Part shown: positions 18,763 through 27,518 of the stretch, one piece after another
Layout: each line of letters starts with the position of its first letter
How positions within the stretch are numbered: position 1 is the stretch's first letter
Virus record (IMG/VR): IMGVR_UViG_3300012917_000002
Span: 1-43,088 of that record
DNA from: a virus
Reading direction: 5' to 3' (one strand)
DNA length: 43,088 bases
Position numbers and translations under genes: made by a program
The notes under the pieces: model-generated
Told to the model about the DNA's origin: nothing
What the model saw: the letters and a program-made list of their open reading frames with translations, nothing else
Databases searched by the model: none

Positions 18763-20643
18763 CTAATTGAGAATCGAGTAAGAAAGACACAGCGGATTCG
18801 TCGCAATGGTCCCACTATAGGTAATCGTAAAACTTGTTCCGGGAGTCCGTGCCGTAATCGCCATACCACCTACAAGCGTAGCAAGTATACTATTACAGGT
18901 CGTAGCTGCAATGATTAATGAATCGTCAGCCTGTAAGTGAATTGCGCTGTTAGCGGTGACTGCTGTAGTGTTCACCACTAATGAGACACTGGTTATTCCA
19001 GTCGGTAGCGCCACGTCTCCTGAAGCGGCATCAACACACATAGCCGGTGACCCTGCATCAGAGCAACGAGTAGCTGTGCCCCATAATGGAGAGGATGTAG
19101 TACCGAACAACTGTGTTGAAACGGTACTGCTATTCCCAATGACAGTCTGATTGCTGGCTGTGGCCGTCCCGTTGATCGCGATGATGTTAGTCAGCGGATT
19201 TCCCGTTGATGCGTTCACCGCCGTGAACCCCGACAACGTCGTCGAGGTCCCTAACACGACCGAGTTGTTGATGTCTTTATCCGTCCCGATCAACGTATCG
19301 CCGCTGCCATAGAACGCGGAGTTTGTTCCATCCCCAATGCTTCTGGCGGAGCGATAGCCACTGGCCAGTAGATAAGGTCCGGTATTATTTTGAGAGGACT
19401 CTTTGCCATTTACGGTGACGCCATTCCCTGTATTATTTTCTGCGGCAGCAAAACCAGATACAGTAACATCATTGCCGGTATTGGCATTTGCTGCGTTTTC
19501 CCCCACGGCTACGAGGAACCCACCTGTGTTATTTTGAGCAGCCGCGATCCCTATCACGGTTACATTCGCGTTGGTATTTGATGCCGCTGCGTTTTTTCCA
19601 ACGGCCGTCAGACTATTTCCAATGTTCTGAGCGGCGGCGGAATACCCCATCGCTGTAACATAGCTTCCGGTGTTCGCTTCTCCTGCATTCTGGCCTAAGA
19701 AGCTACTACCGTATCCCGTGTTGTTTTGCCCGGCATAGTACCCAAAGGCACTGAGCCCGTCACCCATGTTGTTTTCCCCGGCATGATGGCCGACAGCCAT
19801 GGCGTATAGACCGCCGTTATTTTTAAGGGCGTCATAACCCAGCCCCAAAGTCAAATCAGGAAACCGCAATGGTAAACTCAGATCCGTTTTAGAACTATTT
19901 GTAAGACTAATAAAAGCAGGGAATGGCGCGGAAACGCCGGAGGTATAGCTTTTCACCGAGACGGAAGCAAGCACCCAGCCATCTCCGTCCGCTAAGAAAT
20001 TAATGGCATTTGAATCCATGATGAACGTGTAGGTACCTGGATTCACCATGGTGAAATAAAACGTCGTGCCGTTAGTTACTTCTAACCCGAAGCCAGCACC
20101 ACGTGTGGCTAGAACTGCTTCTACCCATACTTTCCCCATCCCACTTATCGATTGAGACAGTGTTCCGCCCGCCATACCGACTGCTTGATTAGCGACGTTG
20201 GTCCAACTCATCGTAGGATCAACGGTCCACCCGGTTAGATCACCAGTTTGAAAAGTGCCGTTAGTTAAAAGTTCTGTGTTCCCAATTGTTGGGGCTAAAA
20301 CAGAACTGACACTAACAGTTGTTGGAGAAGTCGTATTAACAGAAAATATTCCTCCACCACCATTTAATTGTGCTTGCCCTACTGAGCCTGCCGGGGTAGC
20401 TCCACCACCTAATGATATAATAACCCAAGCAGATCCATTTGATCTACAAAAATTAATACTACTTCCACCACCTACTGTACAGTCACTACTTGAAGATCCA
20501 TCTTTTATAATACGTACTGTACCATTATTAGATGATGCAGATCCTAATCCAGCTACTGTATAATTACTTCTTACAACCGCTGTCGGTTGCGCCAGTAAGC
20601 TGATGGTTAAAATTAGTCCTATTAAATATTTCACTTTTCTCAC
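18763..20643 (-). CDS. Chimeric tail fibre/adhesin with Sec-type leader, jelly-roll-like domain and NTG beta-roll repeats
   Basis: N-terminus is MRKVKYLIGLILTISLLAQP. LLTNGTFQTGDLTGW is like a CBM/galactose-binding-like domain. Ten 16-aa A-x-x-N-N-T-G repeats follow. The C-terminal ~500 aa lie in a higher-GC segment. Confidence 0.7.
   Translation of the reverse strand: MRKVKYLIGLILTISLLAQPTAVVRSNYTVAGLGSASSNNGTVRIIKDGSSSSDCTVGGGSSINFCRSNGSAWVIISLGGGATPAGSVGQAQLNGGGGIFSVNTTSPTTVSVSSVLAPTIGNTELLTNGTFQTGDLTGWTVDPTMSWTNVANQAVGMAGGTLSQSISGMGKVWVEAVLATRGAGFGLEVTNGTTFYFTMVNPGTYTFIMDSNAINFLADGDGWVLASVSVKSYTSGVSAPFPAFISLTNSSKTDLSLPLRFPDLTLGLGYDALKNNGGLYAMAVGHHAGENNMGDGLSAFGYYAGQNNTGYGSSFLGQNAGEANTGSYVTAMGYSAAAQNIGNSLTAVGKNAAASNTNANVTVIGIAAAQNNTGGFLVAVGENAANANTGNDVTVSGFAAAENNTGNGVTVNGKESSQNNTGPYLLASGYRSARSIGDGTNSAFYGSGDTLIGTDKDINNSVVLGTSTTLSGFTAVNASTGNPLTNIIAINGTATASNQTVIGNSSTVSTQLFGTTSSPLWGTATRCSDAGSPAMCVDAASGDVALPTGITSVSLVVNTTAVTANSAIHLQADDSLIIAATTCNSILATLVGGMAITARTPGTSFTITYSGTIATNPLCLSYSILN
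19303..19782 (-). repeat. Ten tandem 48-nt (16-aa) degenerate repeats inside the fibre gene
   Basis: AGENNMGDGLSAFGYY / AGQNNTGYGSSFLGQN / AGEANTGSYVTAMGYS and so on, aligned by hand. This is the periodicity of adhesin-head (YadA/Hep_Hag-like) beta-rolls. Confidence 0.75.
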
Positions 20644-20647
20644 TTTC

Positions 20648-21079
20648 TTATCTTACACAAGAAACGCCATAAGTAAGCGCGCCAGGATCATAAGCAGCAC
20701 CACTTAAATTAGCAAGCATAACAGATATCACATCAGAAGCAGAACACCATGCAGTCATAATAACTCCGTCAGCTAACCCCGCGGGCCGTAAAGTAGCAAT
20801 ATAATCAGTTACACGTGCACCAACTAAAGCAAATGTCAAAATAGCATACGAACAATCATCTATTGAACCAAAATTTAAAGAAGCTGTGCCTGCAAGATTT
20901 GTAGGGCTACCAGAAGAAGAAGCTATAAGTGTCCAAACGCCTGCTGAGAAACAGCCGTAAAGTGCAGGACTTGTACCAGTAAGAAAGAAGAATCTATAAA
21001 GTTTAGCATTAGTTGGCAAAGTCTCACCAACAAGCATATATCGCTCTATAGTTCTTCCAGATTCTCCAACTTGATTCAT
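20648..21079 (-). CDS. Hypothetical protein between the methyltransferase and the fibre gene
   Basis: 143-aa ORF with a 4-nt start/stop overlap with the upstream methyltransferase. Confidence 0.5.
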   Translation of the reverse strand: MNQVGESGRTIERYMLVGETLPTNAKLYRFFFLTGTSPALYGCFSAGVWTLIASSSGSPTNLAGTASLNFGSIDDCSYAILTFALVGARVTDYIATLRPAGLADGVIMTAWCSASDVISVMLANLSGAAYDPGALTYGVSCVR

Positions 21080-21618
21080 CTTGCTAGTCCTAATTCACTT
21101 GTTAATACCATCTCTCGGCTTACCGGAGCAGGATCTTTATAGGCGCATAGAATAGTATTGTATGGTTCATTGTCACTTTCGTACCGAAACCCTACTCGGT
21201 AAAATCCAGCCGCCTCAAGAGTTTCCTTTATCTCATGAGAATCCATAGGTACAACATGGTAATCAGTGTCATAAAGCTGGCGGCCGTAGAGTGTTGCTCT
21301 CCAGAAAGTACGTTGATTATTTTCATTCTCAATAAATCTCCGCGCGCATTCTTTAAACTCTGGATAGGCAAGTGTCAACGACCCATTATCTTTAAGTACT
21401 CTAGTAAACTCCGCCAGGAGGCGACCCCACTTAGGCATCTCTATATGTTCAAGACAATGAATCATCCATATTTGATCTACAGAATTTTGTTCATAAGGTA
21501 ACTGTTTATCAACAAAGTCAAGTACCAAATCTGGTTTAACATTACCAGCACTTACACAATCTATATTTATAAATCCATCTAACTTAAATTCGCCACAACC
21601 TAAATTTAGTTTAAGCAC
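21076..21618 (-). CDS. Class I SAM-dependent methyltransferase
   Basis: Motif I is LNLGCG. The downstream pattern VDQIWMIHCLEHI...VLKDNGSL is typical of the type-11 family. The GTG start directly abuts the glycosyltransferase stop. Confidence 0.75.
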   Translation of the reverse strand: MLKLNLGCGEFKLDGFINIDCVSAGNVKPDLVLDFVDKQLPYEQNSVDQIWMIHCLEHIEMPKWGRLLAEFTRVLKDNGSLTLAYPEFKECARRFIENENNQRTFWRATLYGRQLYDTDYHVVPMDSHEIKETLEAAGFYRVGFRYESDNEPYNTILCAYKDPAPVSREMVLTSELGLAR

Positions 21619-22365
21619 CTAGGTCATCTCCTGCATAACTGACTCAATATGTGCTTTCATCCGAAATTTAATAGCATCCTTTTCATCAAACTCCGGTTTG
21701 TAGAATTCTCGTAACTTAGATACATTCTCATCAGAGACAGCATCAGGCATAAGTAGATGGCCAGTTGATACCTTTGTATCCACATATATAGATGGTTCAG
21801 GTTCAAGCTCTGCACGGGCCTTTAAACAAAAATAAACATCTTCTGTATGCCCTGGTCCTGTTACAAAATAAGGTGGACTCATAGCTCGAATTACATCAAC
21901 CTTTATAAGTACACAACTAAAACCTACTGCCCCAGTCTTAACTAACCCAGCTTCATCAATTTCTTCAGGGTAGCTGTCGTGGAAAGTAAGATTCTTACGT
22001 GTCTTACCATTCACGGGATTATGTACATCCGGTCCAAAATCCTTAAAGAACATTGGGTGAAAAGGATATCCCCGTACATACGTTAGCGCCAAGATGATAT
22101 CTTTATCGGCCGTGCGGAGAGATGTATAAGTATTCGGTTTAACAATCACATCATCATCAATAAACATAAGATAATCACATTTATGGACCATTGCAACTTT
22201 TGCACAATCATTACGCATATTATCTATTGACATTCGATATGGAGTATAAAAGATAAATTCATCATCCGGAAAATCTCTTTTCATCTCTACCCAAAGTTTA
22301 CAATGAGAAGAATAGACAAAAGAATTTACAGATTCAAGTGTATTTACACCAACTAATGTTTTCAT
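21619..22365 (-). CDS. GT2-like (GT-A fold) glycosyltransferase
   Basis: 248 aa with a DxD motif (LMFIDDDV) and NMRNDCAKVA upstream, as in family 2 glycosyltransferases. Confidence 0.7.
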   Translation of the reverse strand: MKTLVGVNTLESVNSFVYSSHCKLWVEMKRDFPDDEFIFYTPYRMSIDNMRNDCAKVAMVHKCDYLMFIDDDVIVKPNTYTSLRTADKDIILALTYVRGYPFHPMFFKDFGPDVHNPVNGKTRKNLTFHDSYPEEIDEAGLVKTGAVGFSCVLIKVDVIRAMSPPYFVTGPGHTEDVYFCLKARAELEPEPSIYVDTKVSTGHLLMPDAVSDENVSKLREFYKPEFDEKDAIKFRMKAHIESVMQEMT

Positions 22366-22478
22366 AATTTTTTATAATGACAAGGACATAAACATTTTGT
22401 TTTACAAATTTTACAATTTAATCTACAATCCTTATGTTTCCCGTGTTGGCAATAAGTAGAAATATAAAGATGTTTCAC
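22362..22478 (-). CDS. Cys-rich micro-protein (38 aa), translationally coupled to the glycosyltransferase
   Basis: Hand translation: (V/M)KHLYISTYCQHGKHKDCRLNCKICKTKCLCPCHYKKL. AGGAG lies 6 nt upstream of the GTG. There is a GTGA overlap with the upstream ORF and an ATGA overlap with the glycosyltransferase start. Confidence 0.5.
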   Translation of the reverse strand: MKHLYISTYCQHGKHKDCRLNCKICKTKCLCPCHYKKL

Positions 22479-22621
22479 TTCACTCTCCTAATTTTAATTA
22501 AATTATGCTCTTTATCAAAATCAGTAATTTTATATACACCAAGTTCATTCCATCTTCGGCCGCGCCAGTATTCATAAGGAAACCACTTTCCCTCTGGTGG
22601 CCATTTACCTAAGAATCTCAT
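22475..22621 (-). CDS. Trp/Arg-rich micro-protein (48 aa)
   Basis: Hand translation: MRFLGKWPPEGKWFPYEYWRGRRWNELGVYKITDFDKEHNLIKIRRVK. There is no clear SD. It is coupled to the next micro-ORF. Confidence 0.35.
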   Translation of the reverse strand: MRFLGKWPPEGKWFPYEYWRGRRWNELGVYKITDFDKEHNLIKIRRVK

Positions 22622-22640
22622 TATTAATTTAAACAACATA

Positions 22641-22710
22641 CAAAAAATAAAGGCACCAGGTAGAATAGCCGCTCATAATCCCTGACTTTACCCACGGCTT
22701 TGGCCTTTTA
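22641..22710 (-). terminator. Candidate intrinsic terminator/attenuator after the capsid-decoration genes
   Basis: On the minus strand, AAAGGC (22708-22703) pairs with GCCTTT (22654-22649), with an inner GCCG/CGGC helix. ATTTTTTG follows. It sits just downstream of gene 22734-23267. Confidence 0.4.
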
Positions 22711-22733
22711 TGGCAATGGCAGATACCAAGAAA

Positions 22734-23267
22734 TTACATAGCTCTCAAGAATGTCTTTAAAGCTGTTGTAATAGCAGTTCTAGAAGTTGTGTCAAAAGAA
22801 GAAGATTGTGAAGCAGTAGAAGTATATGCCTGGGCTGCAATTATATTTGGCAAAATTGCAGTTGCAGCACCTGCCGCAGATCGGCTTACGGCATCAGCCC
22901 CTGTCAGTGTATTGATTTGCAATACATCACCTACAACTATAGCTGTAAATGAATTGTAACTATCAGTAGATGCAGCCCGCGTAGCTGTAACTACACGAGT
23001 ATTTTGGCAAAGCCCAAAAACTTGAGACTCGCCATATCCTTTTTGAGCCAATACAGATAGATTTGGACCTGATGGTGCAGCTACAATCCCGGCAAAAAAT
23101 TCCTGATTTGCTCCTGCTGAGGCATTAGCTCCCTTTACATCAATACCATCATTCGTACCATTCATTACAAAGAAAATCGGAGCACCTATAGGAATATCAT
23201 AGTTGTCCGCATTTCTTACTACAATGAAAGCCGCATCATATTTATTACCAACTGTTTTAAATCTCAT
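22734..23267 (-). CDS. Putative head decoration/minor capsid protein (DUF2190-like)
   Basis: 177-aa ORF directly after the major capsid gene. It has a beta-rich N-terminus and a Ser/Thr-rich C-terminal tail. Confidence 0.45.
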   Translation of the reverse strand: MRFKTVGNKYDAAFIVVRNADNYDIPIGAPIFFVMNGTNDGIDVKGANASAGANQEFFAGIVAAPSGPNLSVLAQKGYGESQVFGLCQNTRVVTATRAASTDSYNSFTAIVVGDVLQINTLTGADAVSRSAAGAATAILPNIIAAQAYTSTASQSSSFDTTSRTAITTALKTFLRAM

Positions 23268-23306
23268 AGATTTATCTCTCTATTCTCTTGTGTTTATCTC
23301 CACAAG

Positions 23307-24431
23307 TTATGGCGTCACTAAGGTACGGGCAACTTTACCAATAACACCTTGTTTACGTCGATTATCAGTAGTAAGATTACCCATCCAGGCAACATGACCA
23401 ACGCGGCTGTCACCATTGACAGGTTTAAAGAAAGTACGTCCCTGATCGTCTTCAAGCATCTTAAAGTCAGAATCGTCTTCATAAATCATCTTGAAAAATT
23501 CAGGATTTATAAAATATCCACTTCCATAGGTAAGTGATGTAGTTGTTCCTGCACCAGCCACTAAAGTAGGTACTGTACCACTAAAGGCATCTGGTGTCTT
23601 ATCATCCATTACAAAATGCGCCCCTTTATAGACAACATTCTCAAATGGATAAGCATCATCAACTTGTACCTGAGTATATCTATATTTCTGATACAAAGCA
23701 TGAACAAAAAGTTGGTAAGTAACTTGATCCATAAGAATCAATTTAGACTTACCACCAGTGCCTAAAGAGCATGAGTTAAAGATAGAATCTACCTCAAGTA
23801 AGAATCCATCATACGTTGTAGCGGCCGAAGTAAGAGTTTTATTTCTCCACCAAGTATTTGTATCTTGCGCAATATTACCTATTGACGTAGATGTCGTAGG
23901 ATCAAACTTAATAAGTTCACCAAGCGGTTCAATGCTCGATGACCCATTAATCGGAGATACATAAGGAGTAGCAATAGATCCCCCAATCTGATTGGCAGAA
24001 CCAAACATAAGAGATTGAGAGAAAAATTCCTGCAAGCCCATCTCGGCTTGTTTAATACGTGATTTTACCAAGTCTACGATTTTCTGCTTATTTTGCTTAA
24101 CTTCTCGCATCGAGTATGCGATAGCAGCAGCACATTGACGCCACTGATAAATACCGTCAGTAATCCCATCAGTCGGAACCGTAGAAAGCTCGTCGTAACC
24201 GTCATACGAGTCTGCATTTGCCAACGCATACATAAGTGGAATTTGAATATACGTTCCACCATCTTGCCCTTCATAAAGTTCCTTAGAAATAATCTCAAAG
24301 AAAAAAGCGTTAACTGCTCCAATATTGTCAATTAGCTCTTTGCGATATGCAGAGAGGCTAAGACCGAAAAGTGAATCTAAATTAGTAGTTACTTGCGATG
24401 GTGCAGAAGAACTACCAAATGTAACACCCAT
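23307..24431 (-). CDS. Major capsid protein (HK97-fold, P22-coat-like pattern)
   Basis: 374-aa ORF placed after the scaffold-like gene. The sequence pattern (NAFFFEI...GGTYIQIPLMY...YDGYDEL...) is reminiscent of podophage coat proteins. Confidence 0.7.
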   Translation of the reverse strand: MGVTFGSSSAPSQVTTNLDSLFGLSLSAYRKELIDNIGAVNAFFFEIISKELYEGQDGGTYIQIPLMYALANADSYDGYDELSTVPTDGITDGIYQWRQCAAAIAYSMREVKQNKQKIVDLVKSRIKQAEMGLQEFFSQSLMFGSANQIGGSIATPYVSPINGSSSIEPLGELIKFDPTTSTSIGNIAQDTNTWWRNKTLTSAATTYDGFLLEVDSIFNSCSLGTGGKSKLILMDQVTYQLFVHALYQKYRYTQVQVDDAYPFENVVYKGAHFVMDDKTPDAFSGTVPTLVAGAGTTTSLTYGSGYFINPEFFKMIYEDDSDFKMLEDDQGRTFFKPVNGDSRVGHVAWMGNLTTDNRRKQGVIGKVARTLVTP

Positions 24432-24444
24432 TTTATTTACCTAA

Positions 24445-25284
24445 CTATTTTCTCGCGACACGAGATCCCTCGTCCGCTATTTGCTGCTGTGCCCAAGCGA
24501 TTGACTCTTTAAGCGACATTTTCTTAGTAGGCAATTTACCTTCGCTTATAGACCCAGCAGTATGTAATCTTGATGGCGCATCAGAAGCATTCCGTCGCGC
24601 CTTATCCGCAATCTTTGCTTTATCTTGAGCGGCAAACTTACCAACAGTAGCTTGTTTATAAAGACCACGAATATATGTTTCCGCAGACGTATTTGCCCCA
24701 GGAAGAAATTCCTGTGTCAAAGGTACAATCATTTTACCTAATTGCTCAGTAGAAATTTTATTTTCTCTAGCAACCTTTTCCATAGCAGAATTTGTCATCT
24801 GCTGTATATTTTGTTGTTCTATTTCATTAAACTTTACAGAATGTTCTGCGCGAGCAGTTTCTAGAACAGCTTCCATCATTCGTGTCATTTGTGGCACGAG
24901 CATTTTAAACTCAGGCCCTAAAGCCTCAGTAACTATTTGTGATAATGATTTAACATTATCTTTTACTTCTTGTTTGGTTTCTGCTTTAAGCAGACCAGCT
25001 TGTTGTGCAAGAGCAGCAATTATAGCTGGTCCCTGGTCACCTTTTATTGCTCTATAAAGAGCTTTAGCTTCTTTAAGTGTTACATCATCAAAATCATCAT
25101 CAGATGACTTTTCTTCATCAGAACCAGAAGACTCTTCATCTTCTGAATCCTCAGAACTTTCGGACTCTTGGTCCTCTTTTTTATTTTTTTCTTTAGATTC
25201 CTCACCTTTAGCGTCAGAATCCTTAGAATCTTTCAAAATCTCTTCAGTTGCTTCATTAATTGCTTTATCTACTGCTGTGGGCAT
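24445..25284 (-). CDS. Scaffolding protein
   Basis: 279 aa, highly acidic and helical (an EDSEDEESSGSDEEKSSDDD tract). It lies between the portal and capsid genes. Confidence 0.6.
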   Translation of the reverse strand: MPTAVDKAINEATEEILKDSKDSDAKGEESKEKNKKEDQESESSEDSEDEESSGSDEEKSSDDDFDDVTLKEAKALYRAIKGDQGPAIIAALAQQAGLLKAETKQEVKDNVKSLSQIVTEALGPEFKMLVPQMTRMMEAVLETARAEHSVKFNEIEQQNIQQMTNSAMEKVARENKISTEQLGKMIVPLTQEFLPGANTSAETYIRGLYKQATVGKFAAQDKAKIADKARRNASDAPSRLHTAGSISEGKLPTKKMSLKESIAWAQQQIADEGSRVARK

Positions 25285-25386
25285 ATTAGTTTACTTCCTT
25301 ATTATCAATTGATTCTGGAAAATTTAACGTTGCATAGCTACCATGATATTTTTTAGCAGCATTAGAGTTGTTTAATCTTATAGTTT

Positions 25387-25680
25387 TCATGAAATTCTCT
25401 CATACTCATAGCCGGCGTCACGTATATAAAGATTAAAATATTTTCCTCTCGAAGAGGCAAAATTTAGTTGCTGATATTCGTCAGGCGAAAAATCATAGTA
25501 TACATATGTACCACGTTTGTTAAATACAATTTCAAGCTGCTGATGTTCTAAATCATAACTAAGTGATGCTATAGCTTCCGATTCCTGTTCACGTGGATTT
25601 AAGGAAGATGGACGTATAGCTATCAGCCCGCGGGCGGCCGCCCCCTTCGGATTAGTTGATCTAATTTTTCTTTCAGCCAC
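25387..25680 (-). CDS. KTSC-domain protein
   Basis: IASLSYDLEHQQLEIVFNKRGTYVYYDFSPDEYQQLNFASSRGKYFNLYIR matches the KTSC domain pattern. It directly follows the portal gene. Confidence 0.65.
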   Translation of the reverse strand: MAERKIRSTNPKGAAARGLIAIRPSSLNPREQESEAIASLSYDLEHQQLEIVFNKRGTYVYYDFSPDEYQQLNFASSRGKYFNLYIRDAGYEYERIS

Positions 25681-27516
25681 CTATTGCACTACCCCTGGTT
25701 GCTGCCCTATTAACTGTTGTCGAATTTGTTCCATACCATTAGGAGTTTGTTGCGCCACGGCCGCTTGACCAGCATTACCATTTTCAGGCATCTGCAAACC
25801 AGTTTGTGCCTTAAGTTGCTGCATCCTACCCAATTCCATAAGAAGTGCCATCTTCTGCAATTCTTTTATGGCTTTATCGTTACGATAACCAACTCGATAA
25901 GCTGCTTCACGGACCAATAAAGGACTAAAGGATATAGCAGGATATTGAGTAAGTACAGCGAGAAATTCCAGAAATTTTTGTTTCTCATCTTGCTGCGCTG
26001 TTACACTAAGTGATGTTACATCTATATCAATACGGAAATCATATCCATCTTTAAGATCTTCAGATGTTATCCATTTAAAAGCCGCTTGTTGTTCTTGAAT
26101 TGATCCCAGAAAATTCTCACCTTCAGGAGACATTTGTTTAATCCAAAGACCAAGCACAAATTTCTCTTGGGTAAGCATAAGTGCCTCGCGACCAATAGAG
26201 CTTAGCCAGAATACAATTCGGTCGCGGTCCGCATTCATTCTTAAAGATGCTCTTGAATTGACAATATTTGCTTGAGTTGCTGTTGTTCTATCTGCAACTT
26301 GTCGATCTTCTTGAGATGTTCCTGATATTGTGTTAATATCTGCTCCTGACGTTTGTACAGCTTCAGCCAGCTCTGGTCCAAGACTCGCATTTTCAATTGG
26401 AGATATTGCATTTTCAACTTTAACTTTGATAAGCGCACCATCTGGACCCGTTTCGAATTTTTCGATTTCCTCATCATCTGCGCGGCCTTCTACGATTTGA
26501 AATTTACGCACAAATCGACGCCGATGGGCGCGAAGCATCTCTCTAGTTTCATTTATTTCATCTTGAGGGGAAAGCCAATGGTAGGCAGGAGGAATAGGAT
26601 AGAAACCATCTGTAATAAGTCGCTTGTCAGGCCGATAATCAAATAATGGTAAACGTTTGAATCTTCGTTGGAATATTGTGACGCTAGGAGTGTCAAGAAC
26701 AAGAAGTTGTAAGCTTGCACGAAGATCCCAAAGTCGCCATATTTTTAATACATTACCTTTATGTATATTCGTATTACTTGATTTGTCACCAGTAGCGCTT
26801 TCAGCATCAGACGAAGTTCCCTGTGCAGATAGAATCTTATCTCGATTCATTAATCCTTTTAGCGACAAAAGGTCTTCTTTATTGACCCAATCAAAATAAC
26901 CACACCACCCACATCTGTCGAGATATTTATGGTCGATTCCACCAACCCTGAATCTTTTAGCCGAGATATGGCGAAAATAGATTCTTTCGTTAGCTGGAAG
27001 TTCTTCGGGTTCCTGTCTAATTCTGTATTTGTTTGTTGCATGATTATCTGTGTCCTTAGCTAAAAGAGGCTTCTGCGCATTTGGGTTATCAATCCAATCC
27101 GCCGCATATCCTACCTCCATCAGACCAAATCTAAAAAAGCTATCCTTATACGCCATCTCTATTTCATCATGAAAATGGCGTCTCTCATCCTGAATATGAC
27201 TATTAAGTACATCCTCTTTAAGTTGAGCAGATGTAATCGCCGATTCAAAATCGTATTGAGCATTAGCTGGCCGCGCAGAGACAATATACTTAGGAAAAGT
27301 AGGGATAAATTCAGCTATTTTAATTTGTATTGTCTCATAAATCTTATTTATTACATATGGGTTGTATCCAAGTTCACGTTGAGACTTCCATTGCTGCCCC
27401 TCATAATATTTATCTAGAATATCACACTTAAATAGCTTCTGCCAAGACTTATAATAATGATCTGCCGCTTCAAGACGATCATGCCAAATATTATCATCAA
27501 TAATTTGTTTAGGCAT
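25681..27516 (-). CDS. Portal protein
   Basis: 611-aa ORF immediately downstream of the large terminase. The N-terminal YYKSW...YYEGQQW motif is typical of podophage portals. Confidence 0.8.
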   Translation of the reverse strand: MPKQIIDDNIWHDRLEAADHYYKSWQKLFKCDILDKYYEGQQWKSQRELGYNPYVINKIYETIQIKIAEFIPTFPKYIVSARPANAQYDFESAITSAQLKEDVLNSHIQDERRHFHDEIEMAYKDSFFRFGLMEVGYAADWIDNPNAQKPLLAKDTDNHATNKYRIRQEPEELPANERIYFRHISAKRFRVGGIDHKYLDRCGWCGYFDWVNKEDLLSLKGLMNRDKILSAQGTSSDAESATGDKSSNTNIHKGNVLKIWRLWDLRASLQLLVLDTPSVTIFQRRFKRLPLFDYRPDKRLITDGFYPIPPAYHWLSPQDEINETREMLRAHRRRFVRKFQIVEGRADDEEIEKFETGPDGALIKVKVENAISPIENASLGPELAEAVQTSGADINTISGTSQEDRQVADRTTATQANIVNSRASLRMNADRDRIVFWLSSIGREALMLTQEKFVLGLWIKQMSPEGENFLGSIQEQQAAFKWITSEDLKDGYDFRIDIDVTSLSVTAQQDEKQKFLEFLAVLTQYPAISFSPLLVREAAYRVGYRNDKAIKELQKMALLMELGRMQQLKAQTGLQMPENGNAGQAAVAQQTPNGMEQIRQQLIGQQPGVVQ

Positions 27517-27518
27517 CT

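Noticed and set aside
18763-20643. Diversity-generating retroelement targeting the fibre C-terminus
   Set aside because: No reverse transcriptase ORF is present anywhere in the genome. I found no second, template-like copy of the fibre 3' region. The repeats are in-gene structural repeats.
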